Assembly: GCA_041498975.1 (NCBI GenBank)
Contig: JBGQJI010000043.1
Coordinates: forward strand, 1 to 16,900
Direction of reading: 5' to 3'
From: Candidatus Methylomirabilis sp.
Lineage (GTDB): Bacteria; Methylomirabilota; Methylomirabilia; Methylomirabilales; Methylomirabilaceae
Length of the DNA: 16,900 bases
Position numbers and translations under genes: made by a program. Positions 6,835-13,746 of the stretch are shown here, piece after piece. Every line of letters begins with the position of its first letter. The first letter of the stretch is position 1. The notes below the pieces were generated by a model. It ran no database searches. It was given only the letters and a program-made list of their open reading frames with translations, and was not told where the DNA came from.

Positions 6835-9243
6835 ATGCCTTCGCAGATTAAGCGGGTGGCGGTCTTGGGGGCCGGCGTCATGGGGAGCGCGATCGCGGCG
6901 CATCTCGCCAATGCCGGGGTCCCGACATTCCTCCTCGACATCGTTCCGCCTGAGCTGACCGAGGAGGATCAGCGGAAAAGTCTGACCAGGGAAAGCGCCT
7001 CGTTCCGCAATCGCCTGGCCGCGAAAGGCCTGGAAGCCGCCATGAAAGCCAGCCCACCGGCGTTTTTCTCCCCCAAGGACGCCCGTCTGATCACGATCGG
7101 GAATATCGAAGACCACCTCGAATGGCTCTCTCAGGCCGACTGGCTTGTCGAGGCGGTGGCGGAGCGGCCAGAGATCAAGCAGGCCCTCTTCGAAAAAGTC
7201 GACGCGCACCGCAGGCCTGGAGCCCTCGTGAGCAGCAACACCTCTGGGATTCCCATCCGGTTCTTGGCGAATGGGCGGTCCCCGGATTTTCGACGACATT
7301 TTCTGGGGACGCACTTCTTCAACCCCCCTCGGTATATGAAGCTCCTCGAGCTGATCCCCGGTCCCGAGACCCTGCCAGAGGTGATGCAGGAGATGGCGGC
7401 GTTCGCGGAGCGGATCCTGGGCAAGGAGATCGTCTTCGCCAAGGACACCCCGAACTTCATCGCCAATCGGGTCGGAACCTTCGGCCTCTTCGCCGTCATG
7501 CGGATCATGGTCGAGGGCGACTACTCGATCGAAGAGGTGGATCGCTTCACCGGCCCGGCCATCGGCCGCCCCAAGTCCGCAACGTTCCGGACCGCCGATC
7601 TGGTCGGCCTCGACACGGTGATGCACATCGCTTCAAACATCGCCGAGAATCTCCACGACGACCAGGAGCGTCTGGCCTATGCGATTCCGCCCTTCCTCAT
7701 AGAGTTGGTGAAGCGCGCCTGGTTAGGCGAGAAGGCCGGACAGGGGTTCTACAAACGAGTCAGAGGTACAGAGGGGAGCGAGGTCCTGGTCCTGGATTAC
7801 AAAACCATGGAGTACCGCCCCCAGCGGCGGATCTCCTTCCCTTCGCTCGATGCAATTCAAGGGATTGAGGATCCTGGAGAGCGGATGCGGGCGTTGGCCT
7901 ACGCCGATGATCGCGCCGGCCGCTTCATCTGGCAGGTGTTGCGGGAGTGTCTACTGTACGCCGCAGACAGGATCCCCGAGATCGCCGATGATATCATCAG
8001 TCTGGACCAGGCGATGAAATGGGGCTTCGGCTGGGCATTGGGCCCATTCGAGATCTGGGACGCGCTTGGCGTCGAACGTGTGAGCTCGCGGATGGAACAA
8101 GACGGCAAGGCTCTTCCCCCGCTTGTGACAGCGCTTCTCGGCAGCGGCGCTGGCAGCTTCTATCGCAGGGAGACGGGACGGCTTTACGCCTTCGACTTAC
8201 ATGCCGGCAAGCAGGTCGAGGTCCTGGCGGAACCCGAGACTATCCTCATCCCGGCGCTCCACGAACGGAACCGGGAGGTGGCCCGCAATCCCGGAGCATC
8301 GCTGATCGATCTGGGGGACGGCGTCGCCTGCCTCGAATTCCACTCCAAGAACGACGCCATCGGGCCTGATATCGTCCAGATGATGCGCACGAGCCTGGAG
8401 CTGTGCGCAGAGCGATTTGACGCTTTGGTCATCGGAAACCAGGGGAAAAACTTCTGCGTGGGCGCGAACCTGATGGCGCTATTGTTCGAGGCGCAGGATG
8501 AGAACTGGGACGATATCGACCTGATGGTGCGGGCCTTCCAGGAGGCCAGCATGGCGGTCAAGCTGTTCGAAAAGCCCGTGGTAGCCGCCCCATTTGCCAT
8601 GACGCTTGGGGGCGGATGCGAGATCTGTCTGAACACGACGAAGATCCGCGCTGCTGTCGAGACTTACATCGGCCTCCCCGAGATCGGCGTTGGGTTGATC
8701 CCAGCCGGGGGAGGCTGTAAGGAGATGCTGCTCCGAAGCATGGAGGGGATCCCTGAAGGGGTGGAGGTTGACCTGCTGCCCTTCTTCCGTCACGTGTTTG
8801 AAACGATCGCCTTCGCCAAGGTGTCAACGAGCGCGAAAGAAGCGATTCGGTTAGGCTTCCTCCGGCCGACGGACGCGTTTACCATGAACCAGGACCGCCT
8901 GCTCTACGAGGCCAAGCAGACGGCTCTCGCGCTGGTTGCCGAAGGGCATACCCCATCGCACCCAAAGGATGATATCAAGGTCCTCGGAACGCGAGGCATC
9001 GCCGCGGTCGAGACGCACCTGTACAATATGAAGTGCGGGGCCTATATCAGCGATCACGACGAACTGTTGGCAAACACGCTGGCCCGCGTCCTCGCAGGGG
9101 GCACCGTCATGCCCGGAACTGCCGTCACCGAGCAGTACCTCCTGGATCTGGAGCGAGAAGCCTTTCTGAGCCTGTGTGGCGAACGACAATCCCAGGAGCG
9201 GATGCAGCATATGCTACGCACCGGGAAGCCCCTCAGGAACTGA
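6835..9243 (+). CDS. fadN: 3-hydroxyacyl-CoA dehydrogenase / enoyl-CoA hydratase (FadN/YusL-type: dehydrogenase N-terminal, crotonase C-terminal)
   Basis: VAVLGAGVMG Rossmann motif, SSNTSG, HFFNPPRYMKLLE, KDTPNFIANR; crotonase part with FCVGANL, GGGCE and GLPEIGVGLIPAGGG; ends MLRTGKPLRN. SD AGGAGG at 6825-6830; the start is ATG 6835 or 6832. Confidence 0.93.
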   Translation: MPSQIKRVAVLGAGVMGSAIAAHLANAGVPTFLLDIVPPELTEEDQRKSLTRESASFRNRLAAKGLEAAMKASPPAFFSPKDARLITIGNIEDHLEWLSQADWLVEAVAERPEIKQALFEKVDAHRRPGALVSSNTSGIPIRFLANGRSPDFRRHFLGTHFFNPPRYMKLLELIPGPETLPEVMQEMAAFAERILGKEIVFAKDTPNFIANRVGTFGLFAVMRIMVEGDYSIEEVDRFTGPAIGRPKSATFRTADLVGLDTVMHIASNIAENLHDDQERLAYAIPPFLIELVKRAWLGEKAGQGFYKRVRGTEGSEVLVLDYKTMEYRPQRRISFPSLDAIQGIEDPGERMRALAYADDRAGRFIWQVLRECLLYAADRIPEIADDIISLDQAMKWGFGWALGPFEIWDALGVERVSSRMEQDGKALPPLVTALLGSGAGSFYRRETGRLYAFDLHAGKQVEVLAEPETILIPALHERNREVARNPGASLIDLGDGVACLEFHSKNDAIGPDIVQMMRTSLELCAERFDALVIGNQGKNFCVGANLMALLFEAQDENWDDIDLMVRAFQEASMAVKLFEKPVVAAPFAMTLGGGCEICLNTTKIRAAVETYIGLPEIGVGLIPAGGGCKEMLLRSMEGIPEGVEVDLLPFFRHVFETIAFAKVSTSAKEAIRLGFLRPTDAFTMNQDRLLYEAKQTALALVAEGHTPSHPKDDIKVLGTRGIAAVETHLYNMKCGAYISDHDELLANTLARVLAGGTVMPGTAVTEQYLLDLEREAFLSLCGERQSQERMQHMLRTGKPLRN

Positions 9244-9248
9244 AATGC

Positions 9249-9346
9249 AGGGGTGAGGGTATAGGGGTATAGGATGTACGGTCTAGAAAAACTTCCGATC
9301 ATCTTCTCCCTATACCCTCTACCCTATACGCCATACCCTCTACCCT
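9249..9346. repeat. Inverted pair of tandem heptamer arrays (AGGGTAT-type / CCCTATA-type)
   Basis: aggggtg agggtat aggggtat aggatgt acggtct ag (9249-9286), then ccctata ccctcta ccctata cgccata ccctcta ccct (9308-9346). Confidence 0.85.
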
Positions 9347-9365
9347 TTACCACGGGAGTGAATCG

Positions 9366-10550
9366 ATGAGAGAGGCGGTGATCGTTGCAGCGGTCCGGAC
9401 GCCGGTTGGCAAGGCGCCGCATGGCGTGCTCCGGGACACGCGACCTGACGAGATGGCGGCCACCGTCATCGCTGAGCTCACAAAGCGCCTACCGGGACTC
9501 AAGCCGGAGGAGATCGAAGATGTCATCATCGGCTGTGCCTTCCCCGAAGGTGAGCAGGGACTGAACATGGCGAGGGCGTCGGCGCTCAGGGCCGGCCTGC
9601 CCTATACTGTGCCTGGGCAAACCGTCAACCGCTTCTGCTCATCCGGGCTCCAGACGATCGCCCTCGCGGCAGAACGGATCATGGCCGGCTTCGCCGACGT
9701 CATCATCGCCGGCGGGGCAGAGAGCATGAGCCTGGTCCCGATGAGCGGGAACACATTTGCGCCCGACCCCTACCTCGCGGAACACTACCCGGCCGTCTAC
9801 ACCTCCATGGGTCTCACGGCGGAAAACGTCGCTCGGAAGTACAGAGTGGGCAGAGAGGAGCAGGATGCGTTTGCCCTGCACAGCCACCTCAAGGCGACCG
9901 AGGCGATCCGAGAGGGGCGATTCAAGGACGAAATCGTGCCGCTTACCGTCGTGAAGCAGGAATTCCGGGCCGAGGGCAAGCCGCACGTCACCGCCAGAGA
10001 GGTGATCTTCGACACCGACGAAGGGGTCCGATTTGATAGCTCCGCCGAGGCTCTCGCGAAGCTCAAGCCGGTCTTTCATGCAAAGGGCACCGTCACAGCC
10101 GGCAACTCCTCGCAGACGAGCGACGGCGCGGCCGCGGCGGTGGTGATGTCAAAGGAAAAGGCGCGACAGTCGGGAGTGAAGCCGCTCGGCGCCTTCAGGG
10201 CATTCGCGGCCGCGGGCGTCCCACCCGAACTGATGGGGATCGGCCCGGTGGAGGCCATCCCCAAGGCGCTCCGTCTCGCAGGCCTCACCCTCGACCAAAT
10301 CGACCTGATCGAGTTGAACGAGGCGTTCGCCGCCCAGGCTCTTGCAGTCATCAACGAACTGAGACTCCCGCCCGAGCGGGTGAACGTCAACGGAGGTGCG
10401 ATCGCCCTCGGTCACCCACTGGGATGCACGGGGGCGAAACTGACCGCGACACTGCTCCACGAGATGCAGCGGCGCAAGGTGCGATACGGGATGGTCACGA
10501 TGTGCATAGGCGGCGGGATGGGGGCGGCCGGCATCTTCGAGCGCTTGTGA
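9366..10550 (+). CDS. fadA: Acetyl-CoA C-acyltransferase (3-ketoacyl-CoA thiolase)
   Basis: NRFCSSG (catalytic Cys), [45 protein letters not shown]. Confidence 0.96.
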   Translation: MREAVIVAAVRTPVGKAPHGVLRDTRPDEMAATVIAELTKRLPGLKPEEIEDVIIGCAFPEGEQGLNMARASALRAGLPYTVPGQTVNRFCSSGLQTIALAAERIMAGFADVIIAGGAESMSLVPMSGNTFAPDPYLAEHYPAVYTSMGLTAENVARKYRVGREEQDAFALHSHLKATEAIREGRFKDEIVPLTVVKQEFRAEGKPHVTAREVIFDTDEGVRFDSSAEALAKLKPVFHAKGTVTAGNSSQTSDGAAAAVVMSKEKARQSGVKPLGAFRAFAAAGVPPELMGIGPVEAIPKALRLAGLTLDQIDLIELNEAFAAQALAVINELRLPPERVNVNGGAIALGHPLGCTGAKLTATLLHEMQRRKVRYGMVTMCIGGGMGAAGIFERL

Positions 10551-10568
10551 GCCCTGGTGCGCTCCGCA

Positions 10569-10623
10569 AGGGCGCAGCTAGCAGCGCCCCTACAGGCACC
10601 TTGCACTCCGCACATCGCACTTC
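10569..10623. repeat. Single GTAG-family REP followed by a GCACNNN heptamer array
   Basis: agggcgcagctagcagcgcccctac (10569-10593; reverse complement GTAGGGGCGCTGCTAGCTGCGCCCT), then gcacctt gcactcc gcacatc gcacttc (10596-10623). Confidence 0.75.
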
Positions 10624-10657
10624 TGTGATTCACCTCACGCTTTCTGGAGGATATACA

Positions 10658-12448
10658 ATGGGAGTAACAGAGAAGGAGGTTATCCGGGGTGGCAGCTTCC
10701 TGATCCAGGATACGCCACCCCAGGAGGTCTTCACCCCCGAAGACCTGAACGACGAGCAGAAGATGATGGCCAAGGTGACGCGTGAATTCATCGAATCCGA
10801 GGTCAAACCCAAAACCGAGCAGATCGAGCACCAGGACTGGGATCTGACGGTGAATCTCTTCCGGAAGGCGGGGGGGCTGGGCCTGCTCGGGGTGGACATC
10901 CCAATCAGGTATGGCGGTCTTGGGGTGGACCTGATCACTTCGCTGGTGATCACCGAACAGATGATCGAGGGCGGCTCCTTCGGCATCTCCGTGCTGGATC
11001 ACACGGGGATCGGATCCTTGCCGATCGCCTGGTTCGGCAATGCCGAACAGAAGTCTCGCTACTTGCCTCTACTGGCCAGCGGGGCGAAGATCGGCTCCTA
11101 TGCGCTCACCGAGCCAGGCTCGGGCTCCGACGCCCTTGGCGCCAGGACAAAAGCGCTTCTCTCGCCCGACGGGAAGTTCTACGTCCTGAACGGGACGAAA
11201 CAGTTCATCACGAACGCGGGCTTTGCCGACCTCTACATCACCTATGCCAAGGTGGATGGCGACAAGTTCAGCGGTTTCATCATCGACAAAAATACTCCCG
11301 GCGTCACCTTGGGACCGGAAGAGAATAAGATGGGAATCAAGGGGACGTCCACTCGAAGCATCATCCTGGAGAATGCCAGGGTCCCCGCGGAGAACCTCCT
11401 ACACGAGGTCGGCAAGGGGCATAAGATCGCGTTCGATACATTGAACATCGGCAGGTTCAAGCTCGGGGTCGGCTGTCTGGGCACGTGCAAGATCGCTTTG
11501 CGCGAGGCCGTGAGGTACGCGAAGCAGCGGACGCAATTCGGGCAACCCATCGCCTCTTTCGGCCTGATTCAGAAGAAGCTGGCCGAGATGGCGATCCGGA
11601 CCTACGTGGCCGAATCCATGGTCTATCGGACCGGCGGCCTGATCGAGACGATCCTGTCGCGAATCAACAAGGAGGGCGAGGGCGCCGGCCTCGAAATCGC
11701 GAGGGGAGTCGAAGAGTATGCGATCGAGTGCTCACTGAACAAGGTCTATGTCTCCGAGGCGCTCGACTACGTGACAGACGAGACCGTGCAGATCTTCGGA
11801 GGCTATGGTTACATCGTGGGCTTTCCGGCAGAGCGGCTCTACCGGGATGCCAGAATCAACCGGCTCTTCGAGGGGACCAACGAGATCAATCGGTTGTTGA
11901 TTCCCACCTTCCTGTTCCGTCGCGCCCTGCAGGGTCGTCTGCCTCTCTTAATGGCCGCGCAGAAGTTGATGGGAGACCTGCTGGCTTACAGCCCCGCTCT
12001 GGAGGAGACACCGAAGGGCCTGCTGGGGGAGCAGGTCCGGATGCTCCAGTCGGTCAGGAAGATCGCGTTGATGATCTGTGCTGCTGCCACACAGAAGTAC
12101 CGCGAAAAACTTCAGGATGAACAGGAGGTCCTCGCGGTCCTGAGCGATCTGGCGATCGAGCTGTTTGCCATGGAGAGCGCCCTGCTTCGAGCGCTAAAAT
12201 CGGCTTCCCGAGACGGGGAGGAGCCGGCCAGGCCGAAGGCCGATATGGTTCGGGTCTACTTCAACGACGCGTTTGGCCGAATTGAGTTGCTGGCCAGGGA
12301 GGGCCTGGCCTCCGTTGAGGAAGGGGATACCCTGCGGACGCAGCTCAGCGCCCTAAAGAAGTTGACTCGCTATACCCCCCTCAATACCACCCACCTGAGA
12401 AGGGCCATCGCCGGACGGATCATCGAGGCAGAATGCTATCGAACCTGA
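10658..12448 (+). CDS. fadE: Acyl-CoA dehydrogenase (long FadE/YusJ-type, 596 aa)
   Basis: GGSFLI...FTPED N-terminus, YALTEPGSGSDA, NGTKQFITNAG, KMGIKGTST, LNIGRFKLG, RTQFGQPI, QIFGGYGY, RDARINRLFEGTNEINR. SD GGAGG precedes ATG 10658; the ORF-track start at 10424 is over-extended. Confidence 0.95.
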   Translation: MGVTEKEVIRGGSFLIQDTPPQEVFTPEDLNDEQKMMAKVTREFIESEVKPKTEQIEHQDWDLTVNLFRKAGGLGLLGVDIPIRYGGLGVDLITSLVITEQMIEGGSFGISVLDHTGIGSLPIAWFGNAEQKSRYLPLLASGAKIGSYALTEPGSGSDALGARTKALLSPDGKFYVLNGTKQFITNAGFADLYITYAKVDGDKFSGFIIDKNTPGVTLGPEENKMGIKGTSTRSIILENARVPAENLLHEVGKGHKIAFDTLNIGRFKLGVGCLGTCKIALREAVRYAKQRTQFGQPIASFGLIQKKLAEMAIRTYVAESMVYRTGGLIETILSRINKEGEGAGLEIARGVEEYAIECSLNKVYVSEALDYVTDETVQIFGGYGYIVGFPAERLYRDARINRLFEGTNEINRLLIPTFLFRRALQGRLPLLMAAQKLMGDLLAYSPALEETPKGLLGEQVRMLQSVRKIALMICAAATQKYREKLQDEQEVLAVLSDLAIELFAMESALLRALKSASRDGEEPARPKADMVRVYFNDAFGRIELLAREGLASVEEGDTLRTQLSALKKLTRYTPLNTTHLRRAIAGRIIEAECYRT

Positions 12449-12452
12449 AACA

Positions 12453-12517
12453 AGTTTCGAGTTCCGGGTTTCGGGTTTCGGGTCCAGAAGACTCGAAACT
12501 TTGAACTCGAAACTCGA
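12453..12517. repeat. Inverted pair of tandem heptamer arrays (RGTTTCG / AACTCGA) between convergent fadE and moaE; possible bidirectional terminator or stabilizer
   Basis: agtttcg agttccg ggtttcg ggtttcg ggtc (12453-12484), short loop, gactcga aactttg aactcga aactcga (12490-12517). Confidence 0.85.
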
Positions 12518-12520
12518 CAC

Positions 12521-12931
12521 CTAGGTGGGCGGGCCGACCCACTCTTCGCCGTCGGTCCAGACCTCCTTTTTCCAGATCGGAACGGTCTCCTTCAGGCGAT
12601 CGATGGCGTAGGCGCAGGCCGCCAGGGCTTGGTGGCGATGCGGCGCAGACACCGCGATGGCAACGCTCGCCTCGCCGACCTGAAGATGCCCGATCCGGTG
12701 CAGCATGGCGATTTCGTCCACCTCCCACTTCCGGCGGATCTCATCGGCGATCTCGCGCATTTTGGGAACCGCCATTTCCCGGTAAGCGTCATATTCCAGG
12801 TAGCGGACCATCCGGCCCCGTGTCCGCTCCCGGACCACCCCGAGGAAGGTCGCGATGGCACCCGAGCTCGACTTTTTCACCGCATTCACAACAGGCTCGA
12901 GGGAAAGTGGTTGGTCGGTGATCTCAAACAT
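12521..12931 (-). CDS. moaE: Molybdopterin synthase catalytic subunit
   Basis: GAIATFLGVVR, LEYDAY, HRIGHLQVGE, VSAPHR, IDRLKETVPIWKKE...WV. Confidence 0.96.
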   Translation of the reverse strand: MFEITDQPLSLEPVVNAVKKSSSGAIATFLGVVRERTRGRMVRYLEYDAYREMAVPKMREIADEIRRKWEVDEIAMLHRIGHLQVGEASVAIAVSAPHRHQALAACAYAIDRLKETVPIWKKEVWTDGEEWVGPPT

Positions 12932-13178
12932 GGCCTCCTCCGCTCACAGGAGGAATCAGCGCAACTTCATCCCCTGGAGCCAGTTTCTTGTCAAACGGGG
13001 CGTATTCTCGATTGACTGAGAACAGGAGCGAGCTCACTAGACCCTCCAGCCGCGGAAACTGACCCCGGACCTGGTCAACAAGCTGGGTGAGTGTGCTCCC
13101 CTCCGGAAGGTCAACAACCAGTTCTCCCGTCCCCACGATCTCGCGAACGGCCGCGAAGCATCTGACCCGAACCCTCAT
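12924..13178 (-). CDS. moaD: Molybdopterin synthase sulfur carrier subunit (MoaD/ThiS ubiquitin-like) with a C-terminal extension after Gly-Gly
   Basis: MRVRVRCFAAVREIVG...SVNREYA...GDEVALIPPVSGG-GHV*. ATG 13178 overlaps the upstream stop (ATGA); there is an 8-nt overlap with moaE. Confidence 0.93.
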   Translation of the reverse strand: MRVRVRCFAAVREIVGTGELVVDLPEGSTLTQLVDQVRGQFPRLEGLVSSLLFSVNREYAPFDKKLAPGDEVALIPPVSGGGHV

Positions 13179-13555
13179 CGCAATCTCTCCGAGATGTTGT
13201 AGCATCGTTCCACATCCAGGTGATTGCGTGCGCCAACCGCTTCCCTGTGGACGATGAGGAACTGGTAGGCCTGATGGGCCCTGTCGCGAAGAAGCCCGTA
13301 GCGGGCGGTCAGGTTTGAATGCGTTTCTCGAAGCGAGGCCGTCTCAAAAGGGTCGCTGCATTGCCGGAGCCGAAACTCGATCCTATCGATCGCTTCCCGG
13401 ACCTGTTCCATGCCATCCAGGGCCTCTTCCAACCGCTGACCGGCCCGCCCAAGCGCTTCGGCCTTCTCGTGCAAGATTTCAGCCTCTATCGCCCGCAAGC
13501 GGTCGGCCCGACGTGGCCAAAATGTCAAACGTGCAGTATGGCTAATCTCATCCAT
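13175..13555 (-). CDS. Small helical hypothetical protein, resembling the DUF6665 family
   Basis: IEAEILHEKAEALGRAGQRLEEAL...coiled coil...FLIVHREAVGARNHLDVERCYNI, resembling the recalled pattern EKAxALGR.GxRLE...QREAxG..H..V...Y.I. Coupled to moaD. The start is uncertain (no SD). Confidence 0.7.
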   Translation of the reverse strand: MDEISHTARLTFWPRRADRLRAIEAEILHEKAEALGRAGQRLEEALDGMEQVREAIDRIEFRLRQCSDPFETASLRETHSNLTARYGLLRDRAHQAYQFLIVHREAVGARNHLDVERCYNISERLR

Positions 13556-13746
13556 CTATGTAAAATAAATATGTTATAATGAATACTTCATCCACTCTCT
13601 GAATATTTATCGCCCCCATGGACGGGGTGACAGTACCATAACCTCTCGAAAATTGTCAATTCCTGCTTGACCTGGGAGCCGTTCTGTGTTACGAGATCAG
13701 TTAAAGCGGCCACTTAACCCGATTCGGTCAAGGAGGGCTATCGAGG
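13556..13746. promoter_or_regulatory. AT-rich divergent promoter region
   Basis: - strand: TTGACA (13659-13654), 18 nt, then TACTGT (13635-13630) preceded by an extended TG. + strand: TTGACC (13667-13672) with a weak -10. SD AGGAGG at 13731-13736. Confidence 0.55.

Noticed and set aside
10424..10657. 78-aa N-terminal extension of the acyl-CoA dehydrogenase in the ORF track
   Set aside because: It overlaps fadA and the REP; a clear SD precedes ATG 10658, where family similarity begins.
9249..12517. Heptamer arrays considered as CRISPR arrays
   Set aside because: Units are 7 nt, tandem, with no unique spacers; no cas genes in the window.
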